A stretch of DNA of 64,000 bases from positions 16,120,001 through 16,184,000 of the forward strand of contig OZ059899.1 of the NCBI GenBank assembly GCA_964057225.1, in the 5' to 3' direction. The notes under the pieces are model-generated. The model was not told where the DNA came from. It did no database searches and saw nothing but the letters and a program-made list of their open reading frames with translations. This document shows, piece by piece, positions 18,926-33,758 of this stretch. How positions within the stretch are numbered: position 1 is the first letter of the stretch; every line of letters starts with the position of its first letter. The DNA is from Auanema rhodensis (Eukaryota; Animalia; Nematoda). The position numbers and the translations under genes are program-made.

Positions 18926-19201
18926 TGGTGCCTAAAACCAGCGCTTTTACGAAATCATAACCGTAGGTCAAACATTTGAATTTCCCGATAATTTGTGTTT
19001 TCGCATAAGAGTTTGAAATATCTGAATTTCCCGCTAATTTGTTGTTTTTCATTAACAATATGGGTGAATGTGATTGGGTCGGACGGTGTACTTGTAGAAT
19101 GGGTGCTTGTGAATTGATAACCGTGGGTTACTGAATGTGTACCCACTTGGTCATAAATAGTTGGGTCAATGTAGAATTGCCGACCGCTCGGCCATCTCAC
19201 C
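18926..19201 (-). pseudogene. Terminal tRNA-Leu(TAG) remnant split by a ~235-bp insert
   Basis: TGGTGCCTAAAACCAGCGC at ~18926-18944 and GACCGCTCGGCCATCTCACC at 19182-19201. Confidence 0.8.
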
Positions 19202-19661
19202 ATTACGAGATTTTTTCTCGGCTTATGTTATATTTGAATTCTCTATTTTAATGTTCTAAGGTTAAAAACATATTCGTTGCAGGTTTTCAGGCAATAAGAT
19301 AATTCTAAATAATTTTAAGAATATGATTGAAAGACAATATTTATTTATAGTATCCGGAGGGAAGAAAGAGATAAGAAATAGATTTTTAAAACTTACGAAT
19401 ACATATTAACAAGAAATAATAAATTGAAATATAAAAGCAAACTTATTGGGCGACGAGCTTAAAATACCAGTTCCCGAGCGTACGCGCTAGAATTTGACAT
19501 GTTAATGAAAACAGTTGCACATAAATCTTATTAATTATTATAATATACCCGTCAATTGTATGTTTTGAAATTGACCTATAATTTTACGTACGAGGAAACG
19601 ACTAAATGGGCTAATGATCAGTATGGGAAATGCTTAGAAAGCTTGGGGCAATATGAAAATT

Positions 19662-22600
19662 TTAAGATAATGGTATACTAATGCAATTTCGACATGCTTG
19701 ATTTAATCTTATTGTCATTTGTTTGAAGTTTCTAAGATTTCCAGCTTCTCTGAACATTGCAGCTATGATCGGAGAATCGCCATGGCCTTCGGCATTTATC
19801 ACCTCTCTGTAATGACCTTATAAATATACAAATACTTTCAAGAAAAAAACCTTGTTTCTTGGCTGTAAAATCTCACGAAAAATTGTAAACTTTCTGCTAA
19901 TAACTCGACTGTATTGCGAGCAATCTCAGATTGTATTCTCGCGAAAATGGTCTAAAGAAACAACTTATCAGAAAAGCTACAACAAACTACCTTAACAAGT
20001 TGAGGTCCATTAGTTGCTAGTAATTGTTTTGGTTTTTCATCACCATATGATGTAGTTTGAGATGTCAGGGTAGCTAAAATTTGTGCTGCTAATTTCACAC
20101 AAGATGGCTCTTGCGAGGTGAGCAATAAATTTCCACATAGTGATATAGCACTTGAAATCGCAATACATAGTTGGTCTTCATTCATCTTCAACAATTTCCA
20201 ATTTTTTTTAACTACCTTCAACATAAGGAAATAATTAAGAAAACGAAATAAAGAGCAAACGTGATATTCTAATCCTAGCCATTCTTCTATTTCTCCGTGT
20301 GAAATATTCTTTTCGAATACTAAAAACCATTGGGCAATAACTGTGCAAAGATTAGAGGACAGCTCTCTGATATCAGAATACACCTAAAATATTAAAAATT
20401 ATATTCGTATATAAGACAAATAGATACAAACCAGAACACAACTTTTTGCAAGAGAGCATGAGGCAACAGAATTAGAAAAAAGAGAAGTCTCTATCACTTC
20501 GGAAACGAATGGAAAAACTTTCATCAAATCAGCTGGCGAAAGATTGCCGATTGCAGCTCGAATAGCTTCACAGACTTTGTCGCCAATAGTTCGACAGGAG
20601 CCTTGATCAGAAAGTAACTTTCGGAAAACAGGAATTGCTTGTTCAAAAATATGTACAATTACAGAATCATCCGTAGAGGCTGAATAACAAAAAACTATAA
20701 CTGAGAATAAGAATAAAAGTTTTACCTGATTTTTTATTATGCAATGTTGAGAAAAGACAAGAGAATATCTGAATTTGAAACAGAGTTTCTTCTTCTTTCT
20801 GAGTTATACAATCAGTAGCCGTCAAGGAATTCACATGCGGAGATATCATGCGATTAACAATATCCTGAAAGAGCAAAATAATAAGAAGTTTTTCTTTGAA
20901 AATACTCACAATAATTGTACCAGATGGTTTCAAAGACAGGAAGTATCCAATACATTTTAATGCTCTCATACGTACAGATACTGAATTTCTTTCATTCATA
21001 AAACAAGAAAAACATCGTTCGGAAATATGCTCTCCAACAGCCTAGAGCGAGAATTATTAGTAAGCTATAAATGCAAAAAAAAAATGAATATACCATTAAA
21101 CAGTCTGATCTACTCTCAGCAAACTTTTCTAATGCCATCAATGCTTCTTCAATAACGTTAGGGTTATTCATGGCGGATACGATCAGACGAAGAGCATGAG
21201 TTTCCAAGTCAATAGCCTAAACTACGAAATATGCTACATGAAACTAATTCAAATTACATTTGGATGATCTTGAATGAGATGAGATAAGTTGTCCAGAACT
21301 TTCATCATTGAACAAAGTAACATGTTGGAATGAGGTGTTCCAGATGTTTCAGAAAACTGAGAGCAAAGTTCCAAGCATTTACATATTGGATCATAATTCT
21401 CTTCAGATAAATAATCAGCTACTAGATACCATAAGTAAAGAACAGCTTCGGCTCTCAAAGGATAATGAAAGTAACATCAAATAAATTATAAACCTACTTG
21501 CAAACATCTCGACTCGCTACAGTTTCTTCTAGTGTTTGATTCAGAAAATTCAATGTGGCATTACCACCAGCAATATAGTATGCATCGATTGATACTTCGC
21601 TCCTATTCAAACGGTACCTAAAAGAAGGAATCTTGATTGAATTTTAAAATATCATATTATTACGCTAAGAATTGGTCCCGTTTTTCATGATCCATGGAAT
21701 CAAATGTTGCTGGAGACGGAAACGACAACTTTGTTACGGAAGATGCGAGAACATTGGCATAGTATTCACTTACTGAGCTTATCACCTTTGAAATAAATGT
21801 TACTTGATATTTACTTCTACAGCATCTTACAGCTTGAGCTCTGTCCTCCATTAAACATTCTCGCAATGTTGTCCAAAATACTGATGGTAAATCAGATATA
21901 CATTCGTCAACAGGATAGTTGCCTCCCCAGCCAGATAGAGTCGCAAAAAGTTGACAAATTTCTCTGCAAGTACAGTCTAAACATTAAATTAATTAAAGCA
22001 AGTTTGTGATATACTCTAAATGCGTTGATTTATTCAGACGTGCATATCGTATCAATGTTGGAACAGCGCGTTCTGCAAGTGTACATACTGCGGCAACTAA
22101 AGAAACAGCTTCTTCGCTATCACCCTCTTCTCTCAGCTCACTAGCTATTTTCTAAAATAAACATAATTATATCCAAGAAAACATCTAAACGATTACATGA
22201 GAAGCTACTCGAGTGATATAGCTACAGATATCTAAAACTAATTGCTCTAACGTCCCAAGCTCGTCATTTGTAGCGAGTATATTCAGCATGTTAGTCAAAG
22301 CCGCACTATAAATTAAATTTTGAAACAATAATGATATCTTGAACATACTTATCTTCGGACACAGCTACGAATACTACAGACAGAACATTTGTCCATTGTT
22401 GAAGTCCTACTCCAGGAAGTTGTATCCATTGTTCAACACATTCAACAGCAGCCTGTCTCGTAGAAGGAGAAGCATCAGGAGCACCCATTACAATGGTAAT
22501 TATATTAATTATATCCTAAACAATGAATTAACTATATACCGATAAACGCAACACCTCCGATATACGATGCAACTCTGTTTTCAGAATACTTCTTTGTGTT

Positions 22601-23466
22601 AGTGGCATTTTGATATTTGAAAACTCGGCAGCAACTTCAGTTAGAACTCTAAAATACAATTTGTGAATTAAGCAATTGTTTTTCGCAGTTTTTTATGCTT
22701 ATACGAGCAAACACTAAGTAAGCATTAACATGATAACACGTTATATTGCTGTGTGGATATTACTACATTTTTGAATAACCATGTATTTTGAGTGTTTTTC
22801 TAACTATATAAAATCAAAAAAAATTTCCAAAACTAAATTTGTTCATATAAGTTGAAATGAAGAAATTTGCCACTTATATATAAATTTAAACCTTAATAGA
22901 AGCTCTGGAGTTGCTGCCCATTTATTCGTCAAATCTTGAACAGGTTGCGGCCACACATCAGGAATACTATATAGCGCTAGGAGAGCCAAAGTAGACGACA
23001 ACTTAAATCGAAGCTAGATGAAAAATGAATATATTGATCTTACCTTGTTAGTAACAGATTGCATTTGAACTCTAGAAGATGCCGTCAAATTATTAACAAG
23101 AAATGTTTTCAAGTTCTCCATCTTAAGAACATAATTACGGATTCAATCAAATAGTCAAGATATACCAAGGTTTGGTTAGCAATGCATCCTTCAGATCTTT
23201 CCCGAACAGTTTCATAGAGTGAAATAGCTCCGAAGTATTGAACATGAGAACTGTTGCTACGATCCATCATGTGAATGCACATCGAAATGGTTTCTTCACA
23301 AGAAAACACTATAAAGACACAATGAAAATTTACTAAATTAAAATAACGCACCAAGCTTAAACTGGCATAGAATTCTATCTAATTGTTGTCGTCTTTCCTG
23401 ACCAACATTAGAGTAAAACTCATTTACATACGAAACTATTTCGTGGGCATTTATTTGGCCATCCAT
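19662..23466 (-). CDS. Importin-13/transportin-SR-like karyopherin-beta (multi-exon)
   Basis: MDGQINAHEIVSYVNEFYS..., HVQYFGAISLY, VWPQPVQDL, AAVECVEQWIQLPG, MRAEAVLY; HEAT-repeat character; boundaries approximate. Confidence 0.7.
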
Positions 23467-23680
23467 GGCCGTTCTAGTGTACAAACACTCTGAATAGTAA
23501 AATGAAAGAAGAATAAAGCAGAATTGATAAATATACAATGAGAAGAGGAACTCCAGACCTCATCGAAAAAAAAACAAAAATAAATAAAATCTGCATTATA
23601 ACAACGATTATTAAACAAAAATAAAACGAATAATTCAGATCAGATATAGGCGAGATTCAACAATAAAATACACACTTTTC

Positions 23681-26600
23681 TTATATACGGATAGTTCTTA
23701 TTTGCTGATCTAATGTCCCTTGTATGTTAGCTTCCAAACAATCTCGTATATGATCGCAACAAAGCTCAGCATGAAGACGCATAACATGATCCTCATCTTG
23801 CTGCCAAATCCAAACAAGCCATCTACGTAAATCACGAAGAGAATCACTACATATCTGAATTAACAACTGTGAAAAGTTAAATTATACTTTAAAAAACCGT
23901 TATGAGTGACGAGTCGCAAGATCGGATATATTGTCTCAATAGAAGAATAGCAGATCTACGTATTAACTTTGATTCGGTCGGTCTAGTAGCCGTACTAATA
24001 ATATCGTAAATCTGAAAATCCAGAACACATTAAATTTCAATATGAATAGAAAACCTCAATAAAATATTTGCTAATTTGGCGACCTCTACAAGCTAAGACT
24101 AAATCAGAAAACACAGTAAATGCACTAGCTCTGGTGACATCATGCCCCACAATCATTTCTTTAATAAAAACCCGTGCGCAATCATCTAGATATAGAGTAG
24201 CAGCATCACCTTAACATATTTATTTTTAATTTGAAAAACATAATATAAAAACTGACCCATAACTTTGAAAACTTTACCCATTGCACAAGCAAGATGACTT
24301 CTCATGACTACATCTAATGTTTGTTCCTGATTATAAAAATTTGAAAACTGAAAATTCAAAAATGAACATACCTCTTCAGACATTTTTTCCATCTTGACTT
24401 TATCTGTAGCAACTAATTCAAGCAAAATTGTCAGATACTTCGGATGATAAGAAGCTATTTCGGCTAAGGCATTTATGGCATTGAGGTACACATACGAATC
24501 TTCATGAATCAAATACTCTTAAAATATTTAGTAAAATAGCAATAAATTAAATATAATAATAACATACTCTTCACAGCATCCAGAATCCATTTATCTATAT
24601 CGACAACAACTTCTCGCTCTCTTCTTCGAATTCCTTGAGCAATTCTCAAAAGTGCATGGCCCAATAAAGCAGGCTCATCGGATGACAGCGTTCTTCTTAT
24701 TTCTTTTCCAACAGTTCTGAATCAGTTAATACTTAATTAAGTAAATTGTTCATGGATTTTACTCTGTTTTCATAGATTTCTTCGGTTTAGCCTCAGGCAC
24801 AGCAGGAGTTGGAGTGTACTCTATTTTTTCTCCAGTCATCATCTCGACTATCTTGACTAAATCATGAGCTTGTTCTTTAATAACGGACATATCCGGAGTC
24901 CTAGATTGTATTTGCGCAAAATAAGAAAGTTCACAAGCAAGTTGCCTGACAGAAGTACTAGCCTAGAAAAATATAAGCTTATTAGAATAACGACAAATGA
25001 TCACCTCGTCACAAAATGCCTCTGCAGTTATAATGGAAGAAGCTAAGCCTATCGCCATTTTAACAGAATTAATTCTTAATTGAAACATTTTAGAATTTTC
25101 ATTCAAATCTGAGCAATCTATTCTGTTAATAACATCGAATTGGGCAGCGGTACGTTCCGCCTTGTCGAAGCTAGCACGACAAGAAATAAGAACAATCTGG
25201 CAAATTTAAACGACATAAAGCAAGTTGTAAAGAAGGCTAGTACCTTTACAAACTTCATTATAGATTGCAAAATGGTTGAATCAGATCCATCAATCTCATA
25301 CTGACTAATCTGTTCAAAACAGAATGTTGCAAGCAAATGTGATGTGAATTGTGACCAATCTATGTGCCGATTTTCATAAAAAGATGAATAAGAAATCATA
25401 CCACCATTAATATCTGGCTTTTCTAGTGCTACAAATCTCGGACTTTCATGAGTAGAGTCTAAACAACTCCAAGAGCCTACACTTTCACATAATACATCTA
25501 TGATTAGTTTAGCCCCATCATCTTTGCTTTGGCACTGAAGTATGTTATCGAGATAAATAGAATAAATTTAAGTTTTAAAACTTTTATAAGTTGAATAACA
25601 GATTCCAGCCTTGCCATAGCTGACAACTCATCGTTTTCCTCCGGTTTGAATTCAATACTAATATTATTAACAGCTTCAGAATCTTAAAAATTAACGTTAA
25701 TTTTTAGTCTAACACCAAAATTTTTTCAACTGTTTTACCTTCTGAATCTTCCTCTTCAACAACAACGACAAGTTTTTTTTGTTTAGAACATTTTAAGTTA
25801 TAATTACCAATATGATTATCTCGAACAAAGTTCATTAGAAATTGTCCCTGAAAAAAATTATACTTGAAGCTTGAAAAATAACGCGAAAACCTTATTTTCC
25901 ACTAATTCAATTGTAAAATTCAGATAGGCTTTTATTTGATTTGTAATATTAACGAAATCATCTGTCGGGTCCTTCATATTGCAAGCACTTGCTAATAAAC
26001 AAAGAAATAATGGTAAAGCCTGGAATAAAATAAGTATTCAAACGAAGAAAATTATGAACTAACTTGAACAAAACGAGATGTACGACTAATAACTTTCGGA
26101 CAATACCTCTTATCACAAAAAATTGCTAAAACTGATAAAGCAGAAGATAGTTCAGAATCCCATTCTTTTTTAGGAGATTGGATTTCCATTATTAGCTGAA
26201 ATAAAAAAAAACAATTGTTGATAATAAAAGAATTATTACCTCCCATGGTTTGAAAACAGGATCCAAAAAGTATAAGCTGCACTTACTTGGGGTTCGGGCA
26301 TCAAACTGATCAGCAAAGTAACTGAACAACAATCCCATTCCATTATCGGGATAAATTTTTTTCTATATAGGACAATAAAATATTTTTAAAGAAAATGAAG
26401 TCACCGATGTAATAGACATAAGCTGTTGAACAATATTAATATAATATTTGTTTTTCTTCTGACTAAATGGAGGCGTAGCTAATTGTTTCCCAACAAAACT
26501 CAAGAGAAAAGAGTTATCCCAAAATCGGTCACCTACAATTAAAATTATGTCAATATTAAAATTTAATTAAAACACGTACACAACTCTAGGTATGCATCTA

Positions 26601-27752
26601 AGGTATGTCGAAGGCCATTTTCTGATATCAGAATTTCGCTTAACTTTCTACCCAATGATCCCTACATATGAGTAAACTAAGAAAACTAATAAAAGAAAAA
26701 GAACACTTACAGTGAACCATTGAGGAGGCGACACTAACAGATCTGTATGTTTCATTAATTCCATCATCACTGAAATATGAAGCTTCTTCGGAAGTTCTTC
26801 ATATAGCTTTTCATAGTACAATTTGATTTCATCGGGCATGCCGCCTATATGTATAAGCTAAACAAACAAAAAACAGTTAAAATAATTTCAAATTGAGAAC
26901 CTGCTCATAGCAACAAATTATATCATGAAGATAAAACTTGATGAGTTCTGTTTTAACAGCTTTGTTGCACTCCAGTAAAGATTTGAAACCAGCGAGGGCA
27001 ATTGTGAGCTTCAAATGTTATTAATATTTAAAAATAAAATTAAACAAGAATATACCTGTTCACGCTGAAATTTAATATCACTAGTTAATCCCTTCCAAGT
27101 TTTTATAAAATCTGATCGTTTTTGAACAGCTATGCCGACACCTGATAACATATCACTTAATTAATAACATATAAATTGAATTAACATGCCATCATCCAAG
27201 AAAGGTAAACATTGTGTCAACAAATAAAATTGAATAGAAGAAGCTATAACAACTATTTGCTGAACTGATAAAATTGTAAATTCATCCCCTTCACGATTAC
27301 CATCTCTGAGTAGTACGAGAGTAGTTGTGAGCTTAAAATGAATATATGTACATATTTATTTAAGAGCATGAAGAAAAATGCCTTACCCTATCATATATAA
27401 CATTTAAAATTCGAGCATAACGAACTCTAGAGTCATTAAGCACATCACATTCAGGCAACGATGTATCAACTTCGAATGCAGAAGCAAACCAACCCGATAT
27501 AGAACAGTCAGTTAGTATATACTGAGCAAAAAAAATTTTTTTATGATGATTTAAAAAAAAAACCTGCTGGAAAGCTTTTAAACTGGCCCCTATGGGATCT
27601 AAGCGAAACTCTTTTGCTGGTGCATCTAGAGTCAAATTATTTATTAAAGATTATGAAGTTTATTTACCATCTATCGTAGTAATTTTCGTTAGTAATTCTA
27701 TAGATTTCGATATATATTCTGTTTTCTTTTGTGATGACACTTCAGAAGTCAT
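23681..27752 (-). CDS. TANGO6/Rtp1-like ARM/HEAT protein (multi-exon)
   Basis: C-terminal HEDSYVYLNAINALAE and DEDHVMRLHAELC motifs typical of Rtp1/TANGO6; boundaries approximate. Confidence 0.72.
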
Positions 27753-30493
27753 TGTTCTGAAGAAAATATAACTTTTCTTTCTTATTTTTGAAAAATGGAA
27801 CGGCTAAAACATAATCGAAACAGGTTTTCTATTGGAACAGATTATAAATTAAGCACTGAAGGCGATCAAAAATATAAATTCTAAAATCCAGAATATTTTC
27901 TTAAAACCATAAATTAATTTAAATATCATTGTAAATTATATCCTGAATACTGGTATTTAGCTAGTGTGTTAAAAGTCTCGCAACGATAGGAGCGCATTTT
28001 AAATATGACGTCATAAGAAGACATTGTGTCGCTATGGTTTCCTCAACTCTTCGGTTCGTTTCCTTTTTTTGTAAATATTCAATGTAATGTAAACTTTTTA
28101 AGTATAAATGTTTTTTTCGTTCATTGTTTTCTGACCTTCTTATATCATTTTGTCCCGCCCATCTTTTCATTTTATGTTTTCTGTGAAATGCGTTCGGTTG
28201 TGTGTGAAAGTGTTAGAAACATTTCGCTTCAGTTTTTCAAATAACATAGAACCCTATTCGATTTTCCAATTAGCATTTCTTTTTTTAATGTCAAAGCCGT
28301 TTCTCAGCTTCATCTTTTCTGTTAATGATTTATATTTATAATATAGCTATAAGAAGCTGATCTCTTATCATACGACTATCGTATATTTGAAACTCTTTAT
28401 CAACGCATGTCAACAGCAACTCATTTGGTGAATTTAATAGTGATACAACGTGCAATTATGTGTCATAGTTTCATGCTCCAGCTTTGCCTGGCACACGATC
28501 GATAGGTCTCTGCACTGCGCCTTAGAGTGATAATGAATTTTTTAGTCCTTTCACATCCCATGTGTTCCTACATTTTTTTCTAAAGTCTATCATATTCGAA
28601 GGTTATGATTTACTTTTCTTATAAATGAGTTTTAGTTATCTTTCTTATATAGGAAATTATTCTAGCGTGTGTGTTCTTGCTCACATTTTATGCTTGGTTG
28701 CTAATTATCGTGTAGTAGAATCGATGTGGACTAGCTTACCTGCTTTATCCATCTCAGATCTCAACGCTCATCCGGTTAGCTGTTCGCTGACGATTGTGAC
28801 CAATATCTATCTTGCTGTCTTCGTGTAAATCTTCTCGCTGATAGTCCCTAGATATGTTCAATATTGCGAACATAATTTTTCACAACAGTTACACTGTGGA
28901 TATCAGTAGAATTTTGCTCGAAAATATATTTTTCTGTGTATATATGTTTGTATGTGTATGCACGACTGCTGTGCATAAGGCTTGACAAAGCACTGGTGCA
29001 TATTACAATACATCTTTTTCATTATAGAGTTGCAAAAAACCCGTAAAATATGCCTGTCTCGAAAAAAAATCGATTTTTAAAGGGTATAACAAGCAAATAC
29101 TTTCGTATTTCAACAAATTATTTTCTAAGTTATTTTCTGTAAGTTTAAAGGTAATTAATTTATACAATTTTTGTTGTTTCACTGAGTTTTTTCTTTGCTT
29201 CACGAGGCCTTAACTCCACATCACAGCCAATTTTGTATGTAATTTATTCTCATAATGTTACACCTTTATCCTGAAACTAATACTTCGATAAAAAGAAAAC
29301 TAACATAGTGAAAGAATTGATTATCGTCAGGATTGCTAATGTAATATCGGCTATTCTCTTAGTTTTATCGAATCTAAACAGATTATTATATTATATGATC
29401 AAATTTGCGCAACCGATATGGCTTATGCATGAAATAGTGAATTTTGTTTAGTTTTGAATTCAACCACTGTCGGAAAACAGATCTTTACTTAATTGTAAAA
29501 GTTTTCATGTTTTTTGTTTAAAACGAGTTGACTTATGCTTTTTATATCTTATAATATGTACCTGTACAGTGTAGTACATTTCTTGATGTTTTTTCTTCTA
29601 AAAACCGCAAGCTAATTCTAAATTATCTACCGTTGAAGTTACATTTCAATTCCCTAATCTTATTTTTTTTACAATCATATCTGTTCATGTTTCATGAGTT
29701 GTAATGCTTCATCTTTTTAAATCGCTTAGCTTTTACTTTTTGCATCGAAATAGCCAAGGGTTAAAAAAAACGGAGAAAGTCTGCGCAAATCGGCAGAAAG
29801 GGCGGAGTTTTCATTAACGGGAAGTAAGAAGAATCCCCCTTCCCGGTGAGTTTTCTTATCGCAAACCCGGCAAATTGTTTTTTTCTTTTAATATATCAGC
29901 TATGAGCTTTATTTTCAACTTTAGATAAGTCAAGAAAGTTAATTTTCAAGATGTCGATGATGTTGCTCCTTCTATTGATTTTTTTCCAAATTAACTTTAT
30001 TATAATAACTTTTTCATTTAACTTCTGTTTCTTAACTAAACTGAACACGTTTTATAAACTGATTCAAAATTTTAAGGTTCAGGTTTGCCAACCAATCAGG
30101 TGCCAGTGTGGGACGTGTGTCAACTCCATTTTCATAAATTCTAATCTATCTTTCTAACATACAATTAGTTCTATCTTTTCGCAGAAGTTTGGTTATATAC
30201 TCTTCATCAACTCACGATTTTCCTCGTGAATTTTCGCTTTATTTCAGCTTGCTACTAACCAATCTAAGCTGAGTTGTGATAACTTATCATTTGCGTATTA
30301 TACACTATTATTTTTTTCATAACGTCTTTGTAATATATGTATTCACCATTCTTGTTATTATGTCTGTTTATTTGTTTCTATTTGTTTTCATTCTTCGGAT
30401 TAACTTTTTGATTCACGAATTATCACATATTGCTAGTTTTAGGTCGCATTCGGTGGCTCCTAGTTTTGTCTAGTTTCATTTTTGTAAGCTGTA

Positions 30494-31695
30494 ATGATAA
30501 TTAAAGAATAGTAAGTTGATTTTTCTTATTGGCAATCTCATGATCGGTTATTTTGTAAAAAACTCGCATATTTTCCAGTCGGATCGTTCTCCCCTTCACT
30601 GTTGAAGAATATCAGGTTGGACAACTGTGGTCGGTTGCTGAAGCATCGAAAGCTGAAACAGGTGGCGGAGAAGGTGTAGAGGTACTTTATCTTTAATGAG
30701 ATTAAAGTTCAAACAAGTACTTGTACTTATAGGTTTTGAGAAACGAGCCATTTAATGATGTTCCTCTCCTAGGAGGACAATATAGTAAGGGTCAATACAC
30801 CCACAAGATTTATCATTTACAATCGTATGTTATTACTTTTAATTTTAATCTATTTTTTGATATTTTCAGAAAAGTGCCATCCATTATCCGTAAAATTGCC
30901 CCAAAAGGATCTCTTGCTATTCATGAGGAGGCTTGGAATGCATACCCGTATTGCAAAACTGTTCTTACAGTATGCATATATAATTAAATGATAATGTGAA
31001 AAACTGTTATAGAATCCTGATTACATGAAAGATGCTTTCTTCGTTAAAGTAGAGACAATTCATCTTCCTGATCGTGGAACTACTGAGAATGTAAGTGAAA
31101 TTTGATAATCTTTGTTCATACGTTTTCACTTAGGCTCATAACCTTGATTCTGCCACCTTAGCTAAGAGATCAGTTGTTCACATTGATATCGCTAACGATT
31201 CAGAACATTTGAATTCTGCTGATATTAAACCCGAAACAACACCTTCTAGGTTCAGAAGCACAAACACGGGAAGGTTTTGTTGTTCATAGCTTTACAATAA
31301 ATTAGTTTGCATTGTTTCCAGAGGCCCTCTTGCATCCAATTGGCGAGACAGTTGCCAACCTGTTATGTGTGCCTACAAATTGGTTACTGTACATTTCAAA
31401 TGGTTTGGTCTACAAAGCATGGTCGAGAGCTATACCCACACAGTAAAGCTTCTAATAACAAATACCTAAACGCTTATATTGTTTTAGCAATACCCACGTC
31501 TGTTTTCGAAGTTTCATCGTGAGGTCTTTTGTTGGATTGATCAGTGGCATGGCTTAACCATGGCTGACATTCGTGCCATTGAAGATAAAGCTCAACGTGA
31601 ATTAGAGGAACAGAGAAAGAATGGACAGGTGAATCAGAATCTAGTTTACATTGCTGAGATAAGTATTTTAGGTTCGAGGAATGACCGCCGGTTAA
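30494..31695 (+). CDS. Class I phosphatidylinositol transfer protein (multi-exon)
   Basis: [73 protein letters not shown]. Confidence 0.95.
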
Positions 31696-33758
31696 AATGT
31701 TTTCATGAGCTTTCACTTCTTAATTATTTTATCCTCCCCGTGAGACTTTCCATGTTTCCTTTTTTTTTTTTTTTAAGATTTTTATCTCCCTCTCTCTGTT
31801 TCATTCTCTCACTTTTGTTCAAAGACGGTAGAAGTTTAGTCATTTTTGACGTTGAGTTCATCTCGTTTATTCCTAGTGCAATTTTGTGATTTGTCGAGTA
31901 CTTCTAACTATATAATGTTATAGTTAGATAAATATAATTATAAGATAGATAAATGATGCCTACCAGGCTATTTATTATATATTTTCATTGATTATATGAC
32001 TTAAACACCAAAACGATCGATTTAATGAGAGGCACGGGAGAGAATATCGTGAAGAGCATATTGAATCTTTTCTCTCCCTTATTACTTATGGCTACCGATT
32101 TCCACTCTATAGATAGTTAATATAGTAAAAAATATATGATTTGTATTATTCTTTGCTCTTATTTCTTGAATTGAACTATGAAGACAGTTTGATTTCATTG
32201 GTTGAAGTTAACAAAGCAACAGAGGCTCGCAACTTTTCTAAAAGCACCTGACTGAACAAGTGTGTAAGAAATCAAAATTACATTTCTGATGAATATAACA
32301 TGAAAATGGAATTAGGAATTCATTTCAGTAAAACTTTTAGTCTATATATTTTGCAGTTTGAAGTTATAATTAAAATGAAGACTTGTGTTTCGGATGTACC
32401 GTTCGAAATAGGCTTCTTCTATTCAAGGCTTCGAATTATGTTCAGTGTGATATTACTAAAGAAGCATTAGTATGAAATTCAAAGTTTCATGTTGAGCAAC
32501 TCGAAAATGAATGATCAACCTAATGAATGATTCATTATGAGAATGTTAATTAATCTTTTTTTGTTAAAATGGCTACAAAAATCTCGTTTTCGAAAAGGAA
32601 TGGTTTCATATTTTGTTTCTGAAATTTCAAAATTATGTTTTGTATAGCTGTTCACAGGTTATTCTTATACACAACTATCTCGTGAAGAAAGTAGAATATT
32701 TCGATGAACGCTAGAAATGTGGATGATGTTTGGTACGAGAAGTAGATATCAGGAATTGAACACAATTGGCATTTGTCAAGCTTAATTTACTGAGAATGAG
32801 AATGAAGGAGACATATAAAGAGAAAGAGGCTATGTCAAATCGACGTTACTTTAGAATTGACTGGCGAGCAGAAATAATCGGATTATGGAATTAATAATAG
32901 AATTATCATTTTTTCCTAAAGTGGTCGTGCTTACTACTATCCGTTAAGTTATGTAACTTTTCTCTCTTTCTCTTTTTTTTTGTTTTATCTTCCTACTAGC
33001 CATCGTTATGAATGTGCCATAAGATTAATAGCAAACTTTATAAGATTTGCTTTAGTAAATTAGTTATATATATATACTTTGTGTATATATATTTATATAT
33101 CAGGAAATAAAATAGTTTGGCCACCGAGATAATACGAATCTGGATTTTCAGTGGCAAAAACAATTAGATGTTTGGCTTTGGGACATTGGATAAGATAACA
33201 TTTTTTTTCCTTTTTCTTGTTTTTTCGTTGGAATTTAATGTCTGCTAACAAATCTTTTCCAAATTTGTTATCCTTCATTCGGTTGAGTATCAGAAAAATT
33301 GAGATAATATGGACAAGGTTGGAGAGATTCAAATAGCTATCATCCTTAAGTTGCTCAATATCTACATTCATGCAAGCGTCTGAATCTTTCTTCACTCATC
33401 TTACCCTCCTTGTACTTCTCTACAAGGATCTGTGGCTGTTCTTTTGTGTGTATAACATATGGTTGTATTAAACATGTGTATGATATGTCATCAGAGCAAA
33501 AAATAGCATCTGAATGCATCGTGAAATGGGGTGTAAGTATCACATATGCAATATATTTTTACTTTTCATCTACCCGTATTCGTACTATATTTGTCTTTCG
33601 TTAGAAGGAGGGAAAAATCAGGAGACGGACAAGTTGCATAACTAATAAGTCGTTAACGTATAAGGTTACATCCACAGGTATATAACCATGAAGCTTAATT
33701 GGCTTTGGAGTGAACAAACTCTTCGTTACTCGTCCAATATCTATACAGCAACCTCAAT

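Larger units (their letters stand above)
1..19201 (-). repeat. Tandem tRNA-Leu gene array, 177-bp unit (82-nt tRNA + 95-nt spacer), interrupted by a Maverick and two smaller inserts; continues off the left edge
   Basis: tRNA 5' ends (minus strand) at 10, 187, 364, then 16254, 16431, 16634, 16811, 16988, 17165, 17342, 18176, 18353, 18530, 18707, 18884; near-identical spacers; T5-T6 Pol III terminator just 3' of each tRNA. Confidence 0.97.

Noticed and set aside
1-19201. CRISPR-like repeat-spacer array
   Set aside because: Repeats are tRNA genes and the spacers are near-identical rather than unique; eukaryotic context with no cas genes
27961-30473. Short ORFs in AT-rich intergenic DNA (also 33093-33604, 47503-48940, 51200-53745)
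   Set aside because: No domain motifs or coherent splice structure; expected by chance
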